From an uncultured delta proteobacterium (GTDB lineage Bacteria > Myxococcota > UBA727 > VGSZ01), in contig CAVZJB010000016.1 of the NCBI GenBank assembly GCA_963775425.1, positions 832,001-896,000 on the forward strand: a DNA stretch of 64,000 bases, read 5' to 3'. A model generated the notes under the pieces. The model worked only from the letters and a program-made list of their open reading frames with translations. It ran no database searches and was not told the DNA's origin. A program made the translations under genes and the position numbers. Of the stretch, positions 10,886 to 20,745 are shown in pieces (the first letter of the stretch is position 1; each line of letters opens with the position of its first letter).

Positions 10886-12438
10886 TCGGCCTCGTCGTCG
10901 CCGGGGCCCTCGCCGCCGGTGTCGTCGTCGACGCCACAGCCGCGGCCGAGACCCGCGCCACGGAGGCCGGCCCGACGTCCGCCACCGACACCGGCGGCGG
11001 CGGCCTGTTCGGTGCGCTCGTCCTGCGGCCGGGCCTCTCGGGCGCCGTCGAGCGCGGCGGCTTCGCGCTCGCGGCGTCGTACAGCCCGCAGCTCTCGATG
11101 GTCACGACCTCGCTCGCGCCGGCCATCCTCAACGCCGGCGACCTCCGCGCCGAGGTGCCGTTCGGACCGCGCTTTCGCCTGCGCGTCAACGCGGGCGGCT
11201 CCATCGGCGACCTCGACCCCGGCACCGCGCAGGGCGTGCTGTCGTCGAGCGCGGGCCTGCTCGCGCCGGTGGCCGCCCTCTCGTTCGCGAGCGCCAACGC
11301 GGGCGTGGGCGCGGCCGCGCGGCTGACCCGCACGGTCAGCCTCGACGTCGACGCCCGCGGCGCCGTCACGGGCTCCCCCGACGGCAGCGCGCTCATCGCG
11401 CCGTCCACATCGGGCGGCCTCGACGCGACGCTCGCGTGGCAAGCGTGGCGCACCGACGCGTTCACGGTCGGCGGCGAGGCCCGCTCGCTCGCGGTCGACG
11501 GGCGCGGCAGCGTCGTCGGCGGCGCACCCACCGTCGGCTGGCGCCACCAGCTCGGTCCGTCCTCCGGCGTCGACGCGCGCGCCGGCCTCGGCGCCGTCGC
11601 GCTCACCACCGGCGGCGCCGACGACGGCGTCTACGCCCTGCCCGCCTTCGCGGTGGCCGCGCACGCGCTCCTCGACGTCGCCGGCTCCCCCAAGCTCGAG
11701 GTGAACGGCGGGGCGGGGCTCGATCTCTCCAACGATCCGCTCGGCGCGCTCCTCGACGACCGGCTGAGCGCCAGCCTCGGGCTCGGCTTCCGGGCGACGC
11801 GCGAGATCTCGTTTCACGTCGACAGCGCGGGCTTCTGGTCCGTCTTCTCCGTGAACCCGCCGCGCAAGGTGAACGGCGTCGACATCGAAAACCCCGTCTC
11901 CACCGCGCTCGTCGCCAACCGCGGGAGCATCTCGTGGGAATTCACCGACGGCGCGTCCCTCGAGCTGTCGGCGCTCAGCACCACGCGTCTCGTCGGCAGC
12001 TTCCTCGCCACCGACGCCACCGTCGGCCTGAGCGTCAACGGCACCATCCCCGTCTTTCACGCAGGCGACCGCCCGGAGGGCTCCGATCCTCGAGCCGGCC
12101 GCGACATCGGCGTCGAGCGCGTGGCCGCGCCGCCGCCGCCGGGCTCGACCACCATCGAGGCGCCGCCCCCGTTGCCCGAGGTGCCCGAGGAGCCCCCGGT
12201 TCCCCCGGCGCTCGCGGCGCCGCCGCCGAACATCCCCATCCTCGAGGCGCCGCTCAACCTGCCGAGCCTCCACGAAGGAAACGACAAGCTGCGCGACGCG
12301 AGCAAGGCCGCGGACGACAAGCGCGACAAGAAGAAGCGCGACAAGAAGAAGCACGCGGGCGACAAGGCGCTGGGCCTCGACGACACCGCCCCCGCCCCCG
12401 TCGCGCCCAAGGACCCGCAGCCGGCCGCGACCCCCTGA
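10882..12438 (+). CDS. Hypothetical exported protein, possible beta-barrel with Pro-rich/basic tail
   Basis: Signal-like N-terminus, Gly-rich amphipathic beta segments; GTGA overlap with tatC. Confidence 0.6.
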   Translation: MIGLVVAGALAAGVVVDATAAAETRATEAGPTSATDTGGGGLFGALVLRPGLSGAVERGGFALAASYSPQLSMVTTSLAPAILNAGDLRAEVPFGPRFRLRVNAGGSIGDLDPGTAQGVLSSSAGLLAPVAALSFASANAGVGAAARLTRTVSLDVDARGAVTGSPDGSALIAPSTSGGLDATLAWQAWRTDAFTVGGEARSLAVDGRGSVVGGAPTVGWRHQLGPSSGVDARAGLGAVALTTGGADDGVYALPAFAVAAHALLDVAGSPKLEVNGGAGLDLSNDPLGALLDDRLSASLGLGFRATREISFHVDSAGFWSVFSVNPPRKVNGVDIENPVSTALVANRGSISWEFTDGASLELSALSTTRLVGSFLATDATVGLSVNGTIPVFHAGDRPEGSDPRAGRDIGVERVAAPPPPGSTTIEAPPPLPEVPEEPPVPPALAAPPPNIPILEAPLNLPSLHEGNDKLRDASKAADDKRDKKKRDKKKHAGDKALGLDDTAPAPVAPKDPQPAATP

Positions 12439-12535
12439 GTACGCCGACCGAGAGACCGCACGAGCATCGGGCGGCGGGCCGACGCGAGGCGACGGAGCGT
12501 CGACGATGCTGTGCGCGGGTGGACAGGAGGTGGGC

Positions 12536-13048
12536 ATGAATTTCGTTCCGCGGAGCCCGCGCCGCAGCACGCGCTTGCGTGCCGTCGTCGACATCGGGGC
12601 GCGCCGGGCCGTCGGGCGCGTGCGCGACGTGTCCACGTCGGGCGCGTTCGTCGAGGCCGACGCCGCGCTCGCCGTCGGCGACAAGGTCGCCGTCCTCTCC
12701 CTCGCCGGCGACGGCGCCGACGAGCGGCGCCCCGCCGAGGTCGCGCGGGTCGACCGCGGCGGCGTCGGCCTGCGCTATCTCGACGAGCCCGTCGCGGGCG
12801 ACGCGCCGGTGTTCATCCTCACCGACGACGACGACGACGGCGACGACGACGTCGGGCGCACGGCCGGCGGCCCGCGCGCGCTGCGCGAGCGCAACGCGGC
12901 CCTGCTCGAGGAAAACGGCGCGCTCAAGCGGCAGGTGATGGCGCTGCAGGCGCGGCTGTCGATGCGCTGGACCACCGAGGAGGCGCTGGTGAAACGCATC
13001 GCCACCCTCGAGGAGCTGCTGCGCCGCGGGATGATGGAAGGCTGGTAG
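12536..13048 (+). CDS. PilZ-domain protein with acidic linker and C-terminal coiled coil
   Basis: RSPRRSTR and DVSTSGA (RxxxR and DxSxxG); AGGAGG RBS at 12525-12530. Confidence 0.8.
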   Translation: MNFVPRSPRRSTRLRAVVDIGARRAVGRVRDVSTSGAFVEADAALAVGDKVAVLSLAGDGADERRPAEVARVDRGGVGLRYLDEPVAGDAPVFILTDDDDDGDDDVGRTAGGPRALRERNAALLEENGALKRQVMALQARLSMRWTTEEALVKRIATLEELLRRGMMEGW

Positions 13049-13108
13049 ACAGCGCACTCCGCGGCACGGCCAGTGCACTCACTCTGTCGTCAAAAGACGG
13101 AGGATAAG

Positions 13109-13450
13109 ATGGACTACATCATCGCTTTGGCCGGGCTCGCGCTCGTCGGCTCGCCCTGGCTGTTCCGCTTCAGCACCAACAACGCCGCAATGTCCTCGAG
13201 CGTGATCCTGGGCGTGATCGTGCTCGTCATTGCGGGCTATCGCGCGCTCGCCAAGGACAAGGGGAGCTGGGAGGAGTGGACGGTCGGTGTCGCCGGCGTC
13301 CTCGCCATCATCGCCCCGTTCGTCTTCGGCGTGTCCCAGGCCGCCATCTGGTCCATGGTGATCCTCGGCGTCATCGTCGCCGCGCTCGCCGCGTACCAGC
13401 TCTTCGCCGCGGCCCAGCAACCGCCACGCGTGTCGCCGCAGGCGCACTGA
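13109..13450 (+). CDS. SPW-repeat small membrane protein
   Basis: Two TM hairpin repeats with GSPWLFRF / IAPFVFG; GGAGG RBS. Confidence 0.8.
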   Translation: MDYIIALAGLALVGSPWLFRFSTNNAAMSSSVILGVIVLVIAGYRALAKDKGSWEEWTVGVAGVLAIIAPFVFGVSQAAIWSMVILGVIVAALAAYQLFAAAQQPPRVSPQAH

Positions 13451-13460
13451 GCTCTGCGCG

Positions 13461-14960
13461 TCAGGCGAGGCGGCCCTGAAGGGAGAGCGCCGACGCGCGC
13501 GTGACGGTGACCTGCGCGAGCGTGCCGACGAGGGCGGGGTCGCCGTCGAAGGCGACGATGTGATCGCCCCGGGTCCTCGACGTGAGCCGCACCGCCGCGC
13601 CGGCGGCCTTGCGGCGGCCGAGGCTATAGAGCACGGCGCCGTCGCCGTCGCGCGCGTTCGCCGGGTCGAGCTTGGCGTTGCCCTCGACGTAGACCTCGAC
13701 GGTCTTTCCCAGCAGCGCCTCGTGGTGCTCGAGCGCGATCTCCTGCTGCAGCTTGAGCATGCGCTGGTTGCGCTCGCGCTTGACGGCGTCGGCGACGTCG
13801 TCGGCGTCGCGGCGGTCGGCGACGGTGCCCGGCCGCGGGGAGTACTTGAAGACGTAGACGGTCTTGTAGCGGACCTCGCGCAGCAGGGAGAGCGACCTCT
13901 CGAAGTCCTCGTCGGTCTCGCTTGGGTAGCCGACGATCATGTCGCCGACCACCGCCACGTCCGGCATGCGCGCGCGGGCGCGCTCGATGAGGTCGAGGTA
14001 CTGCGCCCGCGTGTAGCCCCGGTTCATGAGCTTGAGCATGCGGTCGCTGCCGGACTGGGCCGGGATGTGCAGGAAGGCGCAGATGCGCTCGCGCGTCGCC
14101 ATGACGTCGAGCGCCTCGTCGGTGAAGTCCCGCGGGTAGCTCGTGAGGAAGCGCAGCCGCTTGAGCGCCGGCACCTCGTCGTGCACGCGGGCGAGCAGCC
14201 GGGCGAAGGACGTGTCGCCGTGCACGTAGTGGTTGATGGTCTGGCCGAGGAGCGTCACCTCGACGGCGCCGGCGTCGACGAGCTTGTTGACCTCGTCGAC
14301 GATGGCGTCGGGCGGGCGGTGCACCTCGGGCCCGCGGGTCATCGGGACGACGCAGAAGGAGCAGAACTTGTTGCAGCCGCGGGTGATGCGCACGTACGCC
14401 TGCGTGGACGCCGCGTCCGGGTCCACCAGGCGGCCCTGGTCGAGCGCCTCCAGCCGGTCCATGGCGGCCTCGAGCGTGCTGCTGCGCCGCACGGCGTGGC
14501 CCGAGAGCGCGACGTGGCGGCCGCCCGCCTGCAGGAGCGCGGGCAGCTTGTCGAGCTCGCTCGGGCCGACGACGAGGTCGAGGTGCTTCATCCGGGCCGC
14601 CAGCTCCGCCCCGGTGCGCTCGGCCATGCACCCGAGCATGCCGACGACGAGGTCCGGCCGCTCCGCCTTGCGCTGACGCATGACGCCGAGCCGGGAGAGC
14701 ACCTTCTGCTCGCTCTGCTCGCGCACGGCGCACGTGTTGTAGAGGACGACGTCGGCGTCGTCGACGCGCGGGGTGAACGCGTAGCCGCTCGCCGCGAGCT
14801 GGTCGCGCACGAGCTCGCTGTCGAGCACGTTCATCTGGCAACCGAAGGTCTCGATGAAGACCTTCTTGGGAGGGGCCGTCAAAAACCCCTCCCCCGCGTC
14901 GGGATTTCTGTCTTCGGTCGTCACGATGCCGGAGCGTAGCGCCAAGGCGTCAGGGCGCAA
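13461..14960 (-). CDS. miaB: tRNA-2-methylthio-N6-dimethylallyladenosine synthase
   Basis: ETFGCQMNVLDSE, NTCAVRE, GCMAER, GCNKFCSFCVVP radical-SAM motif, TRAM domain; exact start uncertain. Confidence 0.96.
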   Translation of the reverse strand: MRPDALALRSGIVTTEDRNPDAGEGFLTAPPKKVFIETFGCQMNVLDSELVRDQLAASGYAFTPRVDDADVVLYNTCAVREQSEQKVLSRLGVMRQRKAERPDLVVGMLGCMAERTGAELAARMKHLDLVVGPSELDKLPALLQAGGRHVALSGHAVRRSSTLEAAMDRLEALDQGRLVDPDAASTQAYVRITRGCNKFCSFCVVPMTRGPEVHRPPDAIVDEVNKLVDAGAVEVTLLGQTINHYVHGDTSFARLLARVHDEVPALKRLRFLTSYPRDFTDEALDVMATRERICAFLHIPAQSGSDRMLKLMNRGYTRAQYLDLIERARARMPDVAVVGDMIVGYPSETDEDFERSLSLLREVRYKTVYVFKYSPRPGTVADRRDADDVADAVKRERNQRMLKLQQEIALEHHEALLGKTVEVYVEGNAKLDPANARDGDGAVLYSLGRRKAAGAAVRLTSRTRGDHIVAFDGDPALVGTLAQVTVTRASALSLQGRLA

Positions 14961-15423
14961 TCGCTCCCGACGCGTCGCCGAGCGGGTCGCCGCCGAGCAC
15001 GGCGGCGACGGAGAGTCCCGCGAACAGCGCGAACAGGACCGCCACGGTGGTGAGGACCGTGACGCCGAGGGCGCGCCGCCAGCTCCGCTTGCCCGCGGAC
15101 GCGACGAGCTCGGCGGGGAAGGCGAAGCGGGCGGGCTGCCTGAGCGAGATGGCGAGGATGACGGGGATGAACCCGATGGGGCGCGTGACGAGCGCGCCCA
15201 CGACGCACAACAGCCCCGTGGCGAGGCCGCCGATGAGGACGGCGAGCCAAGCGCGCTGCTTGCCGAGCGCCACCATGTTCGCGCGCCACATCACGCCCGC
15301 GGCCATCGGCGTGCCGAGCAGCGCGCCGACCACGATGTGGCTCGGCGTGTACAGCGGCGACAGCGGCGCCGGCGGCGGCGGCAGCTCGGTGTCGGGGCGC
15401 GGGATGGCGGCGGGCTCGGTCAT
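14950..15423 (-). CDS. Hypothetical membrane protein
   Basis: MTEPAAIP..LYTPSHIVVGALLGTP, about four TM helices; ATGA overlap with tig stop. Confidence 0.7.
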   Translation of the reverse strand: MTEPAAIPRPDTELPPPPAPLSPLYTPSHIVVGALLGTPMAAGVMWRANMVALGKQRAWLAVLIGGLATGLLCVVGALVTRPIGFIPVILAISLRQPARFAFPAELVASAGKRSWRRALGVTVLTTVAVLFALFAGLSVAAVLGGDPLGDASGAIAP

Positions 15424-16739
15424 CCGCTCACCGACTTGTTCACGACCTCGACCTTGGCCTCCTCGATCACGCGATCGAGCATGCGGTTGGTGGCGAGCTG
15501 GAACTTGAGTTCCTCGAGGCGGCGGCCCTTCGTGTACACCTTGCGCACGGTCTTGACGTCGCTGCCGACCTCGGCCGCGAGCTTCTCGATGTGGGCGTCG
15601 ACGTCGGCGTCGGTGATCTCGACGCTCTCCTTCTTGACCAGCTCCTCGAGGATGAGGCTCACGCGCACCTGCTTCACGGCCATGGGGCGGGCGTCTTCCT
15701 TCAAGCGCACGTGCTGCGCCTGCCAGATGGCCTCCGCCTGCTGCTGCGGCAGCCGCGACAGGCGATCGGCGGCGATCTGCTCTGCCTGGCGGTCCACGAG
15801 GGACTGCGGCAGGTCGAACGGGTTCTTCTCGATGAGAGCCTCGATGGCGGCCTCGCGCGTCTCGCTCTGCGCGCGCTGCTCGGCGACGGACTTGAGGTTC
15901 TTTTCGATGGACTCCTTGAGCTGCGTGAGCGTCTCGAACTCGTCGCTCACGTCCTTGGCGAGCTCGTCGTCGAGGGCAGGCAGGAGCTTCTGCTTGAGGC
16001 CGAGCACCTTGATGCTGAGCACCGCGGTCTTTCCGCGCGCGGACTCGATGCGGAACTCGTCGGGCACCTTGACGTCGACGGTGAACTGCTCGCCCACCTT
16101 CTTGCCCACGAGCGCCTGCTCGGCCTCCTTGAAGGCGAAGCTGCCGCCGCCGACCTCGATGACGTAGTTGATGCCGGAGAGGCCCTTGACGGGCTCGCCC
16201 TCGACGGTGCCCGACCAATTGGTCTCGACGAGGTCGCCCTGCTGCGCGGCGTCGCGCTCCTCGATCGGGCTCACCTTGGCGGCGCGCTCGCGCAGGCCCT
16301 CGAGCTCCTTGTCGACGTCGGCGGCGCCGACCTCGAACACGGACTTCTTGATCTCGAGGCCCTTCCACTGCTGCAGCTCGATGACCGGCTTGACCTCGAC
16401 CTTGGCCGAGTAGCGGAAGTCCATGCCGGGGATGAGCTCGCCGGCGGTCTGGATCTCGGGGTTGGCGACGGGCTCGATGGAGTGGCTCTTCACCGCCTCG
16501 CGGAAGCTCTGCCCGAGGATCTTTTCGAGGACGCGCTGCTCGGTGTCCTGCTTGTAGTACTGCTCGAGGACGTAGCGCGGGACCTTGCCCTGGCGGAACC
16601 CCTTGAGCCGCACCTTCTGGCCGAGCTCGCGGTAGGCGCGATCGAGCTCCTTGGCGACCTCGGTGCCGGGGATGACGACGGAGAGCTCGCGCTCGACGGA
16701 GGAGAGCTCCTTGACTTCGCTCTGGATGGAAATTGCCAT
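15420..16739 (-). CDS. tig: Trigger factor
   Basis: LKGFRQGKVP ribosome-binding motif, FKBP-like domain, LPALDDELAK. Confidence 0.97.
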   Translation of the reverse strand: MAISIQSEVKELSSVERELSVVIPGTEVAKELDRAYRELGQKVRLKGFRQGKVPRYVLEQYYKQDTEQRVLEKILGQSFREAVKSHSIEPVANPEIQTAGELIPGMDFRYSAKVEVKPVIELQQWKGLEIKKSVFEVGAADVDKELEGLRERAAKVSPIEERDAAQQGDLVETNWSGTVEGEPVKGLSGINYVIEVGGGSFAFKEAEQALVGKKVGEQFTVDVKVPDEFRIESARGKTAVLSIKVLGLKQKLLPALDDELAKDVSDEFETLTQLKESIEKNLKSVAEQRAQSETREAAIEALIEKNPFDLPQSLVDRQAEQIAADRLSRLPQQQAEAIWQAQHVRLKEDARPMAVKQVRVSLILEELVKKESVEITDADVDAHIEKLAAEVGSDVKTVRKVYTKGRRLEELKFQLATNRMLDRVIEEAKVEVVNKSVSG

Positions 16740-16758
16740 ATGGGGAGGGGAGCTAGCG

Positions 16759-16840
16759 TGCGAGCGGGGGGAATTGAACCCCCACGAGTTGCCCCACTGG
16801 AACCTAAGTCCAGCGCGTCTACCAGTTCCGCCACGCTCGC
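16759..16840 (-). tRNA. tRNA-Leu (anticodon TAG), CCA not encoded
   Basis: Reverse complement GCGAGCGTGGCGGAACTGGTAGACGCGCTGGACTTAGGTTCCAGTGGGGCAACTCGTGGGGGTTCAATTCCCCCCGCTCGCA folds into a cloverleaf with long variable arm; upstream of tig. Confidence 0.97.
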
Positions 16841-17117
16841 CTGCCCCGACCCTACCCACCCGCGGGCGGCCTGCGTAGGGGGCGGCGCGAAAGCGGGCTC
16901 TGTAAAGCGTGCGTAAACATCGAGCGCTCCGGTCAAACGTGGGTAAAACGGGCTTTGTCGTCGCTGAGCGGAGAACCGATCGCGATTAGAGTCGTTCCCG
17001 CATGGACACCGTTGCGCCGGTGCGCGAGTTGACACGAGAAACGATCTGATGGGAGCGTCGCGCCGGCGTGAATTGCCAACAGCACGGTTCCATGGAGCCG
17101 TTGCAGAAGGAGCGAAG

Positions 17118-17510
17118 ATGAAGATCACCAGCATGGTTCTCGCGACGTCCCTCGCTCTCGTCCCCGCGACGGCTGCGTTCGCGGACGACGCGAAGAAGGC
17201 CGCCATGAAGAAGGCCAAGGAAGCCGCCAAGGAGAAGGCGATCGAGAAGGCCAAGGAGAAGTCCAAGGCCAAGCTCGACAAGGCCAAGACCGTGGCCGCC
17301 GCCAAGGAGAAGAAGGCCGACGCTGCCAAAGCCGACGAGGCCGCCAAGGCCGACGCGCTCAAGTCCGAGAACGAGCAGCACGCCAAGACCATGGGCGAGA
17401 TCGAGCGACTGCAGCAGATCGCCGATGCCACCAACAACGCCGAGCTCAAGACGGCGGTGCAGCGCCTGAGCGACAAAGAGTCCAAGCGCCACCAGATGGC
17501 CACCGAGTGA
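17118..17510 (+). CDS. Secreted Lys/Ala-rich helical hypothetical protein
   Basis: AAGGAG RBS, signal peptide ending AFA-DD, KA-rich coiled coil. Confidence 0.8.
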   Translation: MKITSMVLATSLALVPATAAFADDAKKAAMKKAKEAAKEKAIEKAKEKSKAKLDKAKTVAAAKEKKADAAKADEAAKADALKSENEQHAKTMGEIERLQQIADATNNAELKTAVQRLSDKESKRHQMATE

Positions 17511-17536
17511 GCTCACCAGCAGAAAAGAGGTTCGCC

Positions 17537-17839
17537 ATGAAGAACATCGTTGCCCGTGTTTTGCTCGCCGCCCTCGTCGCGGTTCCCGTCGCGGTCATCT
17601 CGGGCTGCCCCGAGGACACCAAGAAGGAGGAGCCGCCTCCTCCGCCGCCGCCGCCGCCGCCGCCGCCGGCCGCAGCGCCGGCCATCCCGGACTACAACCC
17701 CGTGGGTGACGACGCCGACCTGAAGAAGCAGGGCGCCGCCGGCATCGACGACAAGAACGCCGCGCAGAAGGCCGCTGAGCTCGAGGGTGCCCTCGACGCC
17801 CAGATCAAGGACCTCGAGGCCAAGAAGGCCACCAAGTAG
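17537..17839 (+). CDS. Small lipoprotein with poly-Pro linker
   Basis: Lipobox ISGC, poly-Pro tract, helical C-terminus. Confidence 0.8.
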   Translation: MKNIVARVLLAALVAVPVAVISGCPEDTKKEEPPPPPPPPPPPPAAAPAIPDYNPVGDDADLKKQGAAGIDDKNAAQKAAELEGALDAQIKDLEAKKATK

Positions 17840-17950
17840 GGCGGGGGCTCGTCCCCCGCCTCGTAGGGCGGGGGCTCGTCCCCCGCTTCGGTGGGCGGGG
17901 GCTCGTCCCCCGCCTCGTAGGGCGGGGGCTCGTCCCCCGCTTCGGTGGGC
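17836..17950 (+). repeat. Tandem array of four 27-bp GTAG-type REP palindromes
   Basis: Unit GTAGGGCGGGGGCTCGTCCCCCGCCTC (third copy begins GGTG) at 17836, 17863, 17890, 17917. Confidence 0.9.
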
Positions 17951-17975
17951 GCCTCCAGGGCGGCCGCCGGAACAG

Positions 17976-18005
17976 AGCGCCCCCGCCTTCGGGGGCGCTT
18001 TTTTT
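17976..18005 (+). terminator. Rho-independent terminator
   Basis: AGCGCCCCCG-CCTT-CGGGGGCGCT stem-loop followed by a T-run. Confidence 0.88.
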
Positions 18006-18020
18006 GTTAGAAGCGAGCCC

Positions 18021-20240
18021 ATGGCCGAACCCACCCGCGCCCTCCTCGAACGCTTCTCGGATTCGCTCTCCAGCGAGCACCGCGCCCGGCGGAGCATCTT
18101 GTCGTTCGAGGAGTACCTCGACGACGTCTACGAGCACCCCCGCCGCCACCTGAGGAACGCCGCCCAGTACCTGATGGACGTCGTGGACCACTTCGGCAGT
18201 GAAGAGGTCACGCTGCCCACGGGCAAGTTCGTCCGCCACAAGCTCTTCGACGCCGCCTTCGACGACGGCCGCGGGCGCGTCGCCGGCCAGGAGCGCGTGC
18301 AGCAGCAGATCGTGCGCGTCCTCGAGAACTTCGTGCGCTCCGGCCGCATCGATCGCCTGGTGCTCCTCCACGGGCCGAACGGCTCCGCCAAGACCAGCAT
18401 CATCCAGGCGTTCACCCGCGCCTCCGAGGTCTATTCGAGCACCGAGGAGGGCACGCTGTACCGCTTCAACTGGGTGTTCCCGACGGGCCAGGTCTCCAAG
18501 GGCACGCTCGGCTTCGGCGGCGGCGCCTCCCGCACGTCGGGCAGCTACGCGCACCTCGCGGCGGAGAACGTCGAGGCCCGCCTGCCCTGCGAGTTCAAGG
18601 ACCACCCGCTCTTGCTCCTGCCGCGCGAGGACCGCGCCCAGCTCTTCGCCGAGCTCCTGAAGGCCGACCGGGTCCCCCGCGACTGGGCCATCCCCGAGAT
18701 CCTCAAGGTGGGCGACCTCAGCGTCAAGAACCGCAAGATCTTCGACGCGCTGATGACGCACACGCAGGGCGACGTGCGCGAGGTGTTGCGCCACGTGCAG
18801 GTCGAGCGCTTCTACCTCTCGCGGCGCTACCGCACCGGCGTCGTCGCCGTGGAGCCGCAGATGAGCGTGGACGCGTACTCGCGCCAGGTCACCGCGGACC
18901 GCTCCTTGGCGATGCTGCCGGTGGCGCTGCAGCACCTCTCGCTGTTCGAGACGGCCGGCGCGCTCAACGACGCCAACCGCGGCGTCCTCGAGTTCAACGA
19001 CCTGCTCAAGCGGCCGCTCGACGCGTGGAAGTACCTCCTCGTCGCCACGGAGCAGGCGCAGGCCAGCCTCGACCACGTGAGCGTGTTCCTCGACGTGGTG
19101 ATGGTGGCGTCGTCCAACGAGCTGCACCTCGACGCCTTCAAGCAACACCCGGACTGGCCGAGCTTCAAGGGCCGCATGGAGCTCGTGACCGCCCCGTACC
19201 TCTTGCGCGTCGCCGACGAGATCAAGATCTACGAGGACCAGGTGCCGCGCGCGCTCACCGGCGTGCACATCGCGCCCCACGCCCTCGAGGTCGCCGCCCG
19301 TTGGGCCGTGCTCACGCGGCTCGAGCCGCCTGACCCCGACGCCTACCCCGAAGACGTCAAGCGCCTCGTGGGCGAGCTGTCGCCCATCGAGAAGATGCGC
19401 CTGTACGACAACGGCAGCGTGCCCGAGCGCCTCACCCAGAAGGAGCGCAAGGAGCTGCGCCAGGCGGCCTTCCTGCTGTACGACGAGCACGCCGCGCGCG
19501 ACGAGTACGAGGGCCGCTACGGTGCCAGCGCGCGCGAGGTGCGCACGGCGCTGTTGAACGCCGCGCAGGATCCGCACTTCGACCACCTGTCGCCCATCGC
19601 GGTCTTCGAGGAGCTGCGGACCCTGGTGCGGGCCAAGTCGACCTACGACTGGCTGCGCCGCGAGCCCACCCGCGGCTACCGCGACGCCTCGGACTTCGTG
19701 TCCATCGTCGAGGAGATGTACGTGAGGGACCTCGACGAGGAGATCCGCACCGCCATGGGCCTCGTGAAGGCCGGCAGCCACGTGGACATGTTCGGCCGCT
19801 ACATCCGCCACGTCTCGGCGTGGACCAAGCGCGAGAAGCTCCCGGACCCGGTCACCGGCAAGCTGGTGGAGCCGGACGCCGACTTGATGAAGCGCGTCGA
19901 GGACGTGCTCCTGCCGCCGCAGGAGTCACCCGAGGACTTCCGCCGCTCGCTCATCGGTCAGATTGGCGCGTACAAGCTCGAGCACCCCGACGACAACGTC
20001 GACTACGAGCTCTTGTTCGGCATGTACATGAAGCGCCTCAACGAGGACTTCTACAACCAGCGCAGAAAGGCCGTGCTCCGCCTCGAGCAATCCTTCTTCA
20101 AGGTGCTCGACGGCGACGACAAGGACATCGACGCCAAGGAGCGCGAGCAGGTGGAGACGTTCAGGAAGAGCCTCCACGCGCTCGGCTACAACGACGGCTC
20201 AGCGCGCAGCGCCATCGCGTTCCTCATGAGGCGCCGCTGA
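18021..20240 (+). CDS. prkA: PrkA/YeaG-family AAA+ serine protein kinase
   Basis: LLHGPNGSAKTS Walker A, CEFKDHPLLLLP, GALNDANRGVLEFNDLLK, YEGRYGASARE. Confidence 0.9.
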   Translation: MAEPTRALLERFSDSLSSEHRARRSILSFEEYLDDVYEHPRRHLRNAAQYLMDVVDHFGSEEVTLPTGKFVRHKLFDAAFDDGRGRVAGQERVQQQIVRVLENFVRSGRIDRLVLLHGPNGSAKTSIIQAFTRASEVYSSTEEGTLYRFNWVFPTGQVSKGTLGFGGGASRTSGSYAHLAAENVEARLPCEFKDHPLLLLPREDRAQLFAELLKADRVPRDWAIPEILKVGDLSVKNRKIFDALMTHTQGDVREVLRHVQVERFYLSRRYRTGVVAVEPQMSVDAYSRQVTADRSLAMLPVALQHLSLFETAGALNDANRGVLEFNDLLKRPLDAWKYLLVATEQAQASLDHVSVFLDVVMVASSNELHLDAFKQHPDWPSFKGRMELVTAPYLLRVADEIKIYEDQVPRALTGVHIAPHALEVAARWAVLTRLEPPDPDAYPEDVKRLVGELSPIEKMRLYDNGSVPERLTQKERKELRQAAFLLYDEHAARDEYEGRYGASAREVRTALLNAAQDPHFDHLSPIAVFEELRTLVRAKSTYDWLRREPTRGYRDASDFVSIVEEMYVRDLDEEIRTAMGLVKAGSHVDMFGRYIRHVSAWTKREKLPDPVTGKLVEPDADLMKRVEDVLLPPQESPEDFRRSLIGQIGAYKLEHPDDNVDYELLFGMYMKRLNEDFYNQRRKAVLRLEQSFFKVLDGDDKDIDAKEREQVETFRKSLHALGYNDGSARSAIAFLMRRR

Positions 20241-20306
20241 CGCCTTAGCTCCGGAGGCGCCGGATCGCGCGACGCGTGGGCGCTCCCGCACGTCGTGGGA
20301 TCCACC

Positions 20307-20555
20307 TCAGGCGTGGCTCTCGTGCAGGCCTCGGCTCGCCGCTTTCGTCCCGGGAAGGAAGAACAGCGCTCCCACGCCGCAGACGCCGACGATCGCATAG
20401 ATCACGCGGCTGAGCGTGCTCGTCTCTTCGCGGGCGCCGCCGCCGAAGATCGCGTCGACCAGGTTGAAGTTGAAGAACCCGATCAGGCCCCAGTTGATCG
20501 CGCCGATGAGCGCGACGGCGACGACGATGATCCCGATGACGTTGGTGCTTTTCAT
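20307..20555 (-). CDS. DUF378 small membrane protein
   Basis: LIGAINWGLIGFFNFNLVDAIFG...SRVIYAIVG signature. Confidence 0.9.
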   Translation of the reverse strand: MKSTNVIGIIVVAVALIGAINWGLIGFFNFNLVDAIFGGGAREETSTLSRVIYAIVGVCGVGALFFLPGTKAASRGLHESHA

Positions 20556-20745
20556 GACGAATCTCCTCCGATTCTCTGAGGCGATCTCCTGCACGTTCCA
20601 TGCGAGAGCCCGGCTGCGCACGCGCATGTGCGAAGCCGCCGTGTCATCGACGTGCGGCTCACGGCTGAACGAAGCGACGGCGAGACACGAGTCACCGAGC
20701 GCCCGCTCTGGCGAACGTGCCTGCTACGCTCGGCTTGGGGGACCG

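Noticed and set aside
16759-16840. tRNA-Leu as an integration site for an island
   Set aside because: No integrase and no duplicated tRNA 3' end seen; tig follows immediately
17029-17060. TTGACA as a sigma70 -35 element
   Set aside because: No credible -10 hexamer at 16-18 bp spacing
17836-17950. Repeat array as a mini-CRISPR
   Set aside because: Units are contiguous with no unique spacers, no cas genes are present, and the same hairpin occurs as dispersed REP copies
17787-18020. N-terminal repeat extension of PrkA
   Set aside because: It is the translated REP array and terminator; ATG 18021 is the plausible start
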